From: an uncultured Clostridia bacterium
GTDB taxonomy: Bacteria > Bacillota > Clostridia > TANB77 > CAG-508
Reading direction: 5' to 3'
DNA length: 64,000 nt
Assembly: GCA_944388935.1 (NCBI GenBank)
Contig: CALXKK010000001.1
Span: 62,344-126,343 of the forward strand
A program made the translations under genes and the position numbers. This document shows positions 49,107 to 58,206 of the stretch, piece after piece. Every line of letters begins with the position of its first letter. Position 1 is the stretch's first letter. The notes under the pieces are model-generated. The model was not told the origin of the DNA and ran no database searches. It saw only the letters and a program-made list of their open reading frames with translations.

Positions 49107-50111
49107 TTATTTATTGTATTCTATATTTAAATGTTCATATGCAGCAGGAAGCGCAATTCTTCCCCTTGGAGTACGAGATATAAAACCTATTTGCATTAAA
49201 AATGGTTCATACACATCTTCTATAGTCTCTATTTCCTCTCCTGTTGTGGCAGCTAAAGCTTCTATTCCAACAGGACCTCCTGCATATTTATTTATAATTG
49301 TAAGCAATATATTTCTATCTGTTTGGTCTAGTCCTAAATCATCTATTTCTAGCTTATTTAGAGCAATTTTAGCCATTTCTAGATCTACATCACCATTTCC
49401 TAAAACTGATGCATAATCCCTTACTCTTTTTAAAATTCTATTTGCAATTCTTGGCGTTCCTCTAGACCTTTTTGCAATTTCCATACTTGCTTTATCGTCT
49501 ATATTTACATTTAAAATTCCAGCAGATCTTTTTACAATTTTTTGTAAATCTTCTGGTTCATACAATTCCAATCTCTCAACAATTCCAAATCTGTCCCTTA
49601 AAGGAGTGGTTAAAGAACCCGCTTTTGTCGTTGCACCTATTAATGTAAATTTAGGCAAGTCCAATCTTATTGACCTAGCACTTGGTCCTTTTCCTATAAT
49701 TATATCTAAAGTATAATCTTCCAATGCTGGATATAATATTTCTTCTACACTCTTATTTAATCTATGAATTTCATCTATAAATAGGACATCAAATTCTGAT
49801 AAATTAGTAAGTAATGCTGCTAAATCTCCTGGCTTTTCTATTGCTGGTCCTGATGTAATTTTTATATTTGAATTCATTTCATTAGAAATAATATTTGATA
49901 ATGTAGTTTTACCAAGTCCTGGAGGTCCATATAAAAGTACATGGTCTAAAGGCTCCCCTCTTTTTTTGGCAGCTTCTATATATACTCTCATATTTTCTTT
50001 AACCTTAGTTTGTCCAATATATTCATCAAGTGTTTTAGGTCTTAATGAATTTTCTAATCTATTTTCTTCATCATTTATTAATTCCGGATTAATTAAATTT
50101 TCTTCGTCCAT
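49107..50111 (-). CDS. ruvB: Holliday junction branch-migration helicase RuvB
   Basis: [13 protein letters not shown] Walker A, FIDEIHRL Walker B, sensor motifs, winged-helix C-terminus. Confidence 0.95.
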   Translation of the reverse strand: MDEENLINPELINDEENRLENSLRPKTLDEYIGQTKVKENMRVYIEAAKKRGEPLDHVLLYGPPGLGKTTLSNIISNEMNSNIKITSGPAIEKPGDLAALLTNLSEFDVLFIDEIHRLNKSVEEILYPALEDYTLDIIIGKGPSARSIRLDLPKFTLIGATTKAGSLTTPLRDRFGIVERLELYEPEDLQKIVKRSAGILNVNIDDKASMEIAKRSRGTPRIANRILKRVRDYASVLGNGDVDLEMAKIALNKLEIDDLGLDQTDRNILLTIINKYAGGPVGIEALAATTGEEIETIEDVYEPFLMQIGFISRTPRGRIALPAAYEHLNIEYNK

Positions 50112-50302
50112 AAAAACATTCCTTTCTCGCTTTGCTTAAAGGCTCTAATAGGATTGTTTTAGTCATTCAACAATTTCCCTATTATATCAAATTTTCTCTT
50201 TAAGATAATATCATTTATAAGCAAAAAGTACAAGTGTTTGCGCTTAAAATGAGGATACTTTTTGACAGCAAAAAAGAGGATACATTAAGTACCCCCATAT
50301 AT

Positions 50303-51187
50303 TTAAACCCTAATCCACTCTTCTACCCATTCATCAGGTATCTTTAAATTTCCTTTTCCACAACCCATGTCTATATTAGGTTTATTTTTTCCGTGGTAAT
50401 CACTTCCACCACTTTTATAATATTTTCTTTCATTACATAAATTTACAAGATATTGAATCTGCTCTTCGAAAAATGTACTATGCATACATTCAATTCCATC
50501 AATATCGTATTTATCTAAGATATCATCTATTAATTGATACTTATCTTTTGCCCATTTATAGATAAATAAATGAGGTAAAAATACTAATCCTCCACACTCC
50601 TTGATAATCTTAACAGCTTCTTCTGTGCTAGGATAATCAGGCGTTTTATCTATATATAATGGATAATTTTGGTCTCCACAATATTTTTTAGAGAAAGCAT
50701 CAAATTCAGCCCAAAAATCTGCTGGAACCTTGGCCTGATTTTCTGGATGTTTTTTTATTTCGTTATAAATAGCTACACTTCCCCAACCATTTTTTGCATC
50801 CCAGTCGATTTTTTCTTTTGGATCCATTACAAGCCCCATTTGTACAGCCTTTTCATATTGAATGTTAAAATATTTTGTCTGTAACTTTTCTCTAGATTTA
50901 TCTTTATAATATTCAACTGTCCATTGTTTCATTTTCTTTGGGTCAAATTGATATCCTAATACCTCAATCAAATTTTTTCCATAACTACATTTTATCTCTA
51001 TTCCCGGAATTATTTTCCCTTTAAAATATTTATGTACATCTATTTTTTCTAGTTCTTCATATCCATTACAATTATCATGATCTGTAATAGAAATATAATT
51101 TAAATTTTTTTCTTGGGCCTTTTTTAATAATTCTATTATAGAATCTGACCCATCTGAATTTGTAGAATGCATATGTAAATCAATCAT
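50303..51187 (-). CDS. PHP-domain phosphoesterase (histidinol-phosphatase-like)
   Basis: MIDLHMHSTNSDGS and ISITDHD metal-binding His motifs of the PHP superfamily. Confidence 0.7.
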   Translation of the reverse strand: MIDLHMHSTNSDGSDSIIELLKKAQEKNLNYISITDHDNCNGYEELEKIDVHKYFKGKIIPGIEIKCSYGKNLIEVLGYQFDPKKMKQWTVEYYKDKSREKLQTKYFNIQYEKAVQMGLVMDPKEKIDWDAKNGWGSVAIYNEIKKHPENQAKVPADFWAEFDAFSKKYCGDQNYPLYIDKTPDYPSTEEAVKIIKECGGLVFLPHLFIYKWAKDKYQLIDDILDKYDIDGIECMHSTFFEEQIQYLVNLCNERKYYKSGGSDYHGKNKPNIDMGCGKGNLKIPDEWVEEWIRV

Positions 51188-52097
51188 TTCTTTCCTCTCC
51201 CACTATTGTATTTACTTTCACTTTTCTATCAGTAGTATTATCTTTATTTTCTAATTCATATAATGTATTTAATTCCTCAACATAGGGCATTAATGTAGGC
51301 GCAGATTCCGAAAAAACTGAATGTATCATTTCATACTGCATAGGAAATTTTCGCATAAAATCTCTTTTAAATGTTCTTCTGCCATATATAACAGCTTCGC
51401 TTGGACTTTTAAACTCTTGCCCTTCTGTAGTATAAAAAGCATTAGGTCTATTTTCTCCTCTTTTATATACAGTTGCATGGTCAAATAATCCTTGCTCTTC
51501 GAATTGCTTCAAAGTTATTATAAAATTATCATAAGAAGCATCATGTACACTTTTAGGAACCCATCTTGGTTCAGTATCACTTACTAATTGCATAGCATAC
51601 CTTAAAAAGGTAGAAGTATAACTTTCCAGTTTTGGAACAGCCATTAATTCTAAATCTATTTCGTAACCTGCTTCTTTATATTCTTTTGCCATTTTTACGA
51701 AACCTGATGTTGCTCTCATGGTCCCTTCATATATAATACTTAACTTATTATCTCTACAATAATCTCTAATTTCTTGACTTGCTCTATCTGCATCTGGTAA
51801 TAAGGCTAAGTGAATGTTTTCTCTATCCTGTTTATCTGCTACTTCAAAATTTGGATGCATTGATCTAACAACATCATAATCCGTAATTACTGCATTATAA
51901 TTTAATTGTTCATTTACAACTGGAGTCAATTTAGATTTTCCAGCTCCTGATTGTCCTGCTACAAAAACTAATCTTGGTTTTTTTTCTGGTTTCTTGCCTG
52001 TTGTAAAAAATAAATTAACTGAATGATAATATTGTTGATATTCTTCTTCTGTAAGTTTATATTTTGCTTGTAATACTTCTAATTCATCTTGTTCCAT
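51180..52097 (-). CDS. Zeta-toxin family kinase (UDP-GlcNAc kinase-type toxin)
   Basis: Walker A GQSGAGKS, SMHPNFEV (cf. QQHPNFDE), MAVPKLESYTSTFLRY (cf. MAVPKINSYLGTIERY), GLFDHATVYKRGE (cf. GLFSDIRLYNREG). Collinear with streptococcal zeta/PezT. Confidence 0.8.
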   Translation of the reverse strand: MEQDELEVLQAKYKLTEEEYQQYYHSVNLFFTTGKKPEKKPRLVFVAGQSGAGKSKLTPVVNEQLNYNAVITDYDVVRSMHPNFEVADKQDRENIHLALLPDADRASQEIRDYCRDNKLSIIYEGTMRATSGFVKMAKEYKEAGYEIDLELMAVPKLESYTSTFLRYAMQLVSDTEPRWVPKSVHDASYDNFIITLKQFEEQGLFDHATVYKRGENRPNAFYTTEGQEFKSPSEAVIYGRRTFKRDFMRKFPMQYEMIHSVFSESAPTLMPYVEELNTLYELENKDNTTDRKVKVNTIVGEERND

Positions 52098-52297
52098 TTC
52101 TTGCTATCTCCTACATATTTTTTTATAACTTCCATATTTTCTTTATTTATTTCATCTCTATCCAAAATTAGTATCTGTAATTCTTTTTTTATTTTTGGAT
52201 CCTGAGTTTTTTCATATTCTATGGATAGTTTTCCAACTTCTCGTGCAATCTTTTCTCGTGCAATCTCTAATCCAAATTCATTTAATAATAAATCCAT
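52079..52297 (-). CDS. Candidate epsilon-type antitoxin (72 aa helical protein) overlapping the zeta toxin start
   Basis: MDLLLNEFGLEIAREKIAREVGKLSIEYEK... GGAG SD lies 8 nt upstream of ATG 52297. Its 3' end overlaps the toxin start by 19 nt. The track start (TTG 52327) is less likely. Confidence 0.45.
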   Translation of the reverse strand: MDLLLNEFGLEIAREKIAREVGKLSIEYEKTQDPKIKKELQILILDRDEINKENMEVIKKYVGDSKKWNKMN

Positions 52298-52448
52298 TTT
52301 TTTACTCCATTTCTTACTTTTCGACAATAATTATAGCATTAAATTTAGTTTATTACAATTGTTTTGTTAAAAATACATTTTCCACTAATGTCATATTTTA
52401 TATATAAAATGCTACTCTATTTTTTCGATATATACTTTTACAATAATA

Positions 52449-52486
52449 TACAAAAAAATAAGAGGATACTTTTATGTACCCTCATA
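52449..52486 (-). terminator. Terminator downstream of the GT2 gene
   Basis: GAGGGTAC-ataaaa-GTATCCTC followed on the minus strand by TTATTTTTTT. A similar GAGGATAC-containing hairpin lies at ~50258-50292. Confidence 0.45.
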
Positions 52487-52489
52487 ATT

Positions 52490-53500
52490 TTAAAACAACA
52501 ATGGTTTAATTTGTTTCTCTATTAACTTTTTATATATTTTTACAAATATCTGTTGGAATCCATATTTATATGCAATATGCGCAACCCAATAACTTTTGTT
52601 AGGCACGTTTTTGAATTTAAAGCAAGGATTTTTTCTCCATTCGAAAAAGTTTATATCTAAATAATTCATTGTTTCTCTAACTAGGCTCTTTAAATCACTA
52701 CCAGTTTCGAAAGATAATTCTATTAAAGATCGTAAGCCTATTTTTGAGAATGCTATAAATGATAATATATTTTTCATTCTTTCATACTTTCCAGCATCTT
52801 TAAAAATCTTCTTTCCTTCTACTAAACCAGCTTTTAAATCCTTTATTTGAACAGCATTTTTTAAACTTTGAATAGAATTATCTTCATATTTAAAGAATAA
52901 TTCTTCATTAATAAAAGATACTGTATTTGCTTTAGCATAACAACTTATAACAAAAATTTCATCTTGACATCCATCATAATTTTGGAATTTTATATCCTTT
53001 ATTGTTTCTTTTTTTATTAATTTATTACCTGCATCTAAATTTAAATATGCGAAATTTAGATTATTTCCATCTAAGCTTTCTTTTTCTTTAAATTTGTTTT
53101 CCAATCCTGTAACTCTTAATTCATTAGAATTAATGTCAATTATATTATAACCGCAAATTGCAATGTCTGTATTGTTATTTTCTGCAGCATTATACATCTT
53201 TTCTATAGCTGTTTTTTCTAAACACATATTTCCGTTCATAACTAAAATATATTTGCCATCAGCCTCTTCTAATGCCTCATTTTTAGCCAAAACATCTTGT
53301 GCCTTTGTTTTATATATAATTTTTATATTTTTATGTTTTTCTTGTGTTTCTTTTACAAAGTCATCAATCTGTGTGTTTTCTTCTTTATAAATACAAATAA
53401 TTTCTATATTCTCTAATGTTTGATTTACTAAACTATTTAAACATTCTTTTACTTTTTTATGTCTCTTCTTTAAAATTGTAATAACTGATACATTATGCAT
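52490..53500 (-). CDS. Glycosyltransferase family 2-like (GT-A) protein
   Basis: N-terminal VSVITILKKRHKKVKECLNSLVNQTLENIEIICI matches the GT2 Rossmann-like start. Central acidic motifs are degenerate. Confidence 0.5.
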   Translation of the reverse strand: MHNVSVITILKKRHKKVKECLNSLVNQTLENIEIICIYKEENTQIDDFVKETQEKHKNIKIIYKTKAQDVLAKNEALEEADGKYILVMNGNMCLEKTAIEKMYNAAENNNTDIAICGYNIIDINSNELRVTGLENKFKEKESLDGNNLNFAYLNLDAGNKLIKKETIKDIKFQNYDGCQDEIFVISCYAKANTVSFINEELFFKYEDNSIQSLKNAVQIKDLKAGLVEGKKIFKDAGKYERMKNILSFIAFSKIGLRSLIELSFETGSDLKSLVRETMNYLDINFFEWRKNPCFKFKNVPNKSYWVAHIAYKYGFQQIFVKIYKKLIEKQIKPLLF

Positions 53501-53563
53501 TGCAATTCCCCCTAATTATCTTTAAATACTCCGCCTTTTTGTATATTTTCAAAACTTACTATT

Positions 53564-54517
53564 TTATTCTTCATTATCGCTTTCGTCAATATTAAATGTT
53601 CTTTCTACTATATATTGTGGTCTTCTCTTAGTTTCATCATAGATTCTTCCTATATATTCTCCTATCATCCATAAAGATATAAGTATCATTCCACTTAAGA
53701 AAGTCATAGTTACCATTAAAGATGTCCACCCAGCAGTTAAATTGTTCCAATTAAATATATATGATAAAATTGCATATATTAGAATTACTATTGATATAGC
53801 CAAAGAAATAATTCCCATTGTTCCTACAATTTTTAGTGGTTTTGTAGAAAAACTAAAAATTCCATCTTTTGCAAGTTTAAGCATTTTCTTTAATGGATAT
53901 TTAGTCTTTCCTGCAAATCTTTCTTTTCTTTCATATTCAAAAGGTGTTTGCTTAAAGCCTACCCAACTAAACAAACCTCTTAAAAATTTATTATGTTCTG
54001 GTAAAGAATTTACTACATCTACAACTTTTCTATCTACTAGCCTAAAATCCCCTGTATCTTTAGGTATTTCCACATCTGATAATGCATTTAATGTTTTATA
54101 GAACATTGAAGCAGTTAGTAATTTAAATTTAGATTCTCCTTCTCTAGACTTTCTTTTTCCATAGATTACTTCATTTCCAGCTTTCCATAGTTTAAGCATT
54201 TCCGGTATAAGTTCTGGTGGATCCTGCAAATCTGCATCTATAATTACTATTGCATCACCAGTAACATATTTAAGTCCTGCTGTTACTGCACATTGATGCC
54301 CAAAGTTTCTAGAAAAAGAAATTACTTTAACTTTTTTATTTTCGTTAGCTATATTTACTAATATACTTAAGGTCTTATCTTTGCTTCCATCATTTATAAA
54401 TATAATTTCATAATCATATCCATTTAAATTTTCTAATACCTTTTTCAATCTTTTATAGCATTCTTCTGCTACTTCTTCTTCATAATACATAGGTACTACA
54501 ACTGAAACTTTTTTCAT
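53564..54517 (-). CDS. Bactoprenol-phosphate glycosyltransferase (GT2, GtrB/CsbB/DPM1-like) with two C-terminal TM helices
   Basis: VSVVVPMYYEEE...IIFINDGSKDKT...IDADLQDPPE. 317 aa with a C-terminal membrane hairpin. Confidence 0.8.
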   Translation of the reverse strand: MKKVSVVVPMYYEEEVAEECYKRLKKVLENLNGYDYEIIFINDGSKDKTLSILVNIANENKKVKVISFSRNFGHQCAVTAGLKYVTGDAIVIIDADLQDPPELIPEMLKLWKAGNEVIYGKRKSREGESKFKLLTASMFYKTLNALSDVEIPKDTGDFRLVDRKVVDVVNSLPEHNKFLRGLFSWVGFKQTPFEYERKERFAGKTKYPLKKMLKLAKDGIFSFSTKPLKIVGTMGIISLAISIVILIYAILSYIFNWNNLTAGWTSLMVTMTFLSGMILISLWMIGEYIGRIYDETKRRPQYIVERTFNIDESDNEE

Positions 54518-54526
54518 ACTAATGCT

Positions 54527-55477
54527 CTATCTCCTTTTTAAAATTTCCCCTAAAGGTCTTTTTTCATTTAATCTTTTAATTGTTTCTGCAAATAAAGGTG
54601 CTATAGAAACAACTTTAATTTGTGGTATTTGTTTTTCTTTTAATAACGGAATTGTATTAGTTATAACTAATTCCTTTATTGGTGAATTTTGAATTCTTTC
54701 TATTGCTGGACCAGAAAGTACTCCATGTGTACACCCTGCATATATTGCTTCTGCTCCAAATTCTTTTAAAACTCTTACTGTTTCCATCATAGAACCCGCT
54801 GTATCTATCTCGTCATCAAATATAATGGCATTTTTCCCCTTTACATCTCCTATAATGGTTGTCCCAATTGCTCTATCATTATTTCCATCTCTTCTTTTAT
54901 CTAGCATTGCTATTGGACAATTAAAAAATTTAGAATATTTATATGCTTTTTTGGAACTTCCAGCGTCTGTTGCTACAATAACCATATCCTTTAAATTTTT
55001 ACTTGCAAAATAATCCTCTAATATATTTTCAGCAGAAATTCTATCACAATTTATATTATTAAAGTATGCTTCTATTGCTGGGTTATGTAGGTCACATGTG
55101 ATAACTCTCGTTGTCCCAGCTGCTTCTAATAATTCTGCTATTAATTTTGCTGTTATAGGTACTCGTGGTTGATCTTTTTTATCTGAACGAGAATAAAAAT
55201 AATATGGCAAAACAACATTAATTTTACCTGCAGAAGCTCTTTTTACCGCATCTATTGTTATTAATAGTTCCATTATTCTTTCATTTACTGGCGGTACATT
55301 ACTTTGTACTAAATATACATCATTTTCTCTCACAGTTTCAAGTATTTGCACAAAATTATTGTCATTTGCAAACTTCATTGAATTCATTTTTCCCATTGGT
55401 AGACTAAGATAATCACAAATTTCCTTTGTAAAAGGTTCTGCATATTTACTACAAGCAAAAATTTTGATATTTTCCAT
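54527..55477 (-). CDS. prs: Ribose-phosphate pyrophosphokinase
   Basis: PRPP-synthetase fold: ...CDLHNPAIEAYF, GKNAIIFDDEIDTAGSMMETV PRPP-binding loop. GGAGG SD lies 7 nt upstream of ATG 55477. Confidence 0.75.
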   Translation of the reverse strand: MENIKIFACSKYAEPFTKEICDYLSLPMGKMNSMKFANDNNFVQILETVRENDVYLVQSNVPPVNERIMELLITIDAVKRASAGKINVVLPYYFYSRSDKKDQPRVPITAKLIAELLEAAGTTRVITCDLHNPAIEAYFNNINCDRISAENILEDYFASKNLKDMVIVATDAGSSKKAYKYSKFFNCPIAMLDKRRDGNNDRAIGTTIIGDVKGKNAIIFDDEIDTAGSMMETVRVLKEFGAEAIYAGCTHGVLSGPAIERIQNSPIKELVITNTIPLLKEKQIPQIKVVSIAPLFAETIKRLNEKRPLGEILKRR

Positions 55478-55623
55478 AAATATTCCTCCGTTTATTATAA
55501 GAAATTTATACAAGCTATGTCTATAAAGATTTTAATTCGATTTTTTTATAAAATAAAGCCTGAAATCATAATATAAAATTTAACAACATTAGTTAGCATA
55601 TATTATTTTAGATATAATATTTT

Positions 55624-58206
55624 TTACTCTTTTATTTTGCTCTCATTATTTTTCGACTTCTCTTTATATTTTTTTACTTTTACTACAACAATAAAAACTA
55701 TAATTGAAATTACTGTAATAATTGCTCCTTCTTTTAGACCTTTTGGTACATAAGAAAGTTTGATTTTTTGTTCTCCTTTATCTAAATTAAATGTTACAAA
55801 TCCATTTGAATTTTCTACATTAGATTTTTTTCCATTTACCTCTAAAGTCCATCCCTCATCATAAGGAATTGTTGTAAAAACATAATGGCCTTCATCTGAA
55901 ACATTAACATTTGCTTCCAAATTATTATTTTTAAATTCTACATTTTGTATTTGATTCTTTTCTACTTTTTGATATGCTTTTTCAAAATTTGTTAAATTTA
56001 ATTCTTTTAACATAAATTCTTTTAATTCAATAGTATCATTTGTATTAAATTCCAATTTCAGTTTTAAGGTATCTGTATCTCCTACATTTTTAATCTTGAA
56101 AACTCCATTTTTATTTGCACCCAAATAATCTTTATAGTACTCATCATTTACATATACTTTAAATGCAGAGTCTTCTAAGTTATAAGATGTAGTAATCCAA
56201 AAATATAATTCTTCTTTTATATTACTAGTATCAAATGTAAGTTCTATATAAGATTTTTCTTTTTCCCCTGTATAATAATCTCCTTCCTTTGTAACATTTA
56301 CCATTTCGATATTTTCCACTGGAATATTGCTAAAATATTCATAGTCACAATTTGTTATTTGATTCCATAAATCTGTTTGTATTTCAAAAGGATTTTGTTT
56401 CATATCTATTTCTTCTACTTTTTGGTTAGTAATATAACCAATAGTTAAAGGATATTTATTTTGATATAATTCTTCTCCATCTTCTAAATCTTTCACTGAT
56501 TCAAAATATCTTACTGGATCTTTAGATATTTTATAACGAATTCCAAACATGCTATCAGTTATCAATGTGTTCCCATATCCATATGAAGGGAAAAACATAT
56601 ACCAATTATATCCAATTTCTTTCATGAAGTCTACCTGGCTTTGTTCAAATGTTGAGCTTGAATGTCCCACGCCATTATAATTAAACAATAACGAATCATT
56701 TAAATAAAAATTTTTCTCTTTTTCCATTCTGTAAAAGTCTGAATCATATTCCTTTGCTTTCGTTATAATTTTATCATAATACTTTAAATTATTCATATAT
56801 TTGTTTCTTTCTATATGTCCTATTTGATTAAATGAAGCTATAGCGTTTATTAATAATTCCACTACACAAATAACACAAAGCAAAACAGAATAAATCATTT
56901 TTTTAAATTTTATTTGTAATGATAGTATTATTCCATAGACTATCATAAGAAAAATTGATAGATAAATTAAGTTTTCTTGTAAAAATGAATTTTCTTGTTT
57001 TTTTATCAACCAAATAATTCCAATATCTATTAAAACTATGAATGGAACCCATTTCCAATTAATATTTCTTTTTCCTTCTGTTAATGCTTTCGCTGCTATT
57101 ACAACAAGTAAAAAGGATAAAATAAACGAATATCTATATGGAAATCCTATTGGTTCTTTTAATCCATGCCACATTAAGTTAATTATCTTTGTTTGAAAAC
57201 TAATTATCACAACAACCAAGAAAATTAAACTAGAAATTTTCTTTCTAACTGAAATGTTAGGATTAAAGAAATAAAATTGTGCTAATATAAGTGTTATTAA
57301 ACCTGTATAAATGTTAGGTAAACCAGAGCTGAGAAGTTGTTTTTCATTTACTGCTCCAATTAATAATTTCTCACACAAATTTAATAAATCAAAATTTTTT
57401 GAAAATGCAGTGTTCCAATCTATTGTAAATCCTAATCCTTTCCCAGCTTGTAATGTAAAAATAACTGGCAATAAAATAATAGCTGCTATACCAATTCCCA
57501 GTAAACTATATAAAGCAAATTTTAAAAATTGTTTTATTCTTTTTTTCCACTCAATTTTTTGTAATAAATTATCATACAAGAAATATAATCCAGTAAATAT
57601 CGCTGCAGCATAGCCTATGTAAAAGTTAACAATAAAAGATAATGCTAAAGTTATAACATACATTTTAAATTTATTTTGGCTTGTTATTTTTTCTACCCCT
57701 AAGACCATAAGTGGCAATAAAATAAGATTGTCTAACCACATAACATTCATTTGGTAAGAAATATTATATCCACAAAAAGCATAACTTAAGGATAAAATTG
57801 CTAAGATCCATTTGTTTGATACTTTTTCTCTTAAGAAAAAATACATTGTAATAGCACATGATACTATTTTTAAGCCTGTAACTACAACAATTTCCTCTGT
57901 TACCCAATAATTCGAGAATAATAGGAAAATAATATTGTATGGGCTCATAAGATAATAAGCCCATATACCTATCATATTTCCTCCTAACCCTTTGCCAAAT
58001 GAGAAAAGAATAGAATCTCGTCCAAATAAACAATTTTTCATATATTCCCAAAATGGTATATACTGTCCTGCAATATCTCCTGCAATCATTGATTTTTCTC
58101 CGAATGGATATACTTTACATACAATCATTTGTATTAAAAACATAAGAGCTGCTACCAAAACAATATATATTAGACATTTATACTTTTGATATATTTTTTT
58201 TATCAT
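55624..58206 (-). CDS. YfhO-family GT-C membrane glycosyltransferase (paralogue 1)
   Basis: 860 aa. ~13 N-terminal TM helices, large extracytoplasmic C-terminal domain, terminal TM helix. Tandem with a second copy and near the GtrB/CsbB-like GT2. Confidence 0.65.
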   Translation of the reverse strand: MIKKIYQKYKCLIYIVLVAALMFLIQMIVCKVYPFGEKSMIAGDIAGQYIPFWEYMKNCLFGRDSILFSFGKGLGGNMIGIWAYYLMSPYNIIFLLFSNYWVTEEIVVVTGLKIVSCAITMYFFLREKVSNKWILAILSLSYAFCGYNISYQMNVMWLDNLILLPLMVLGVEKITSQNKFKMYVITLALSFIVNFYIGYAAAIFTGLYFLYDNLLQKIEWKKRIKQFLKFALYSLLGIGIAAIILLPVIFTLQAGKGLGFTIDWNTAFSKNFDLLNLCEKLLIGAVNEKQLLSSGLPNIYTGLITLILAQFYFFNPNISVRKKISSLIFLVVVIISFQTKIINLMWHGLKEPIGFPYRYSFILSFLLVVIAAKALTEGKRNINWKWVPFIVLIDIGIIWLIKKQENSFLQENLIYLSIFLMIVYGIILSLQIKFKKMIYSVLLCVICVVELLINAIASFNQIGHIERNKYMNNLKYYDKIITKAKEYDSDFYRMEKEKNFYLNDSLLFNYNGVGHSSSTFEQSQVDFMKEIGYNWYMFFPSYGYGNTLITDSMFGIRYKISKDPVRYFESVKDLEDGEELYQNKYPLTIGYITNQKVEEIDMKQNPFEIQTDLWNQITNCDYEYFSNIPVENIEMVNVTKEGDYYTGEKEKSYIELTFDTSNIKEELYFWITTSYNLEDSAFKVYVNDEYYKDYLGANKNGVFKIKNVGDTDTLKLKLEFNTNDTIELKEFMLKELNLTNFEKAYQKVEKNQIQNVEFKNNNLEANVNVSDEGHYVFTTIPYDEGWTLEVNGKKSNVENSNGFVTFNLDKGEQKIKLSYVPKGLKEGAIITVISIIVFIVVVKVKKYKEKSKNNESKIKE

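Noticed and set aside
49107-50111. ruvB without adjacent ruvA as evidence of pseudogenisation
   Set aside because: The ruvB ORF is intact with all motifs. The missing ruvA is better explained by local rearrangement, noted under the accessory-block finding.
50238-52486. Recurrent GAGGATAC-containing hairpins (50238-50292, 52449-52486)
   Set aside because: They look like ordinary intrinsic terminators that happen to share an 8-mer. Too short and too few to call a repeat family.
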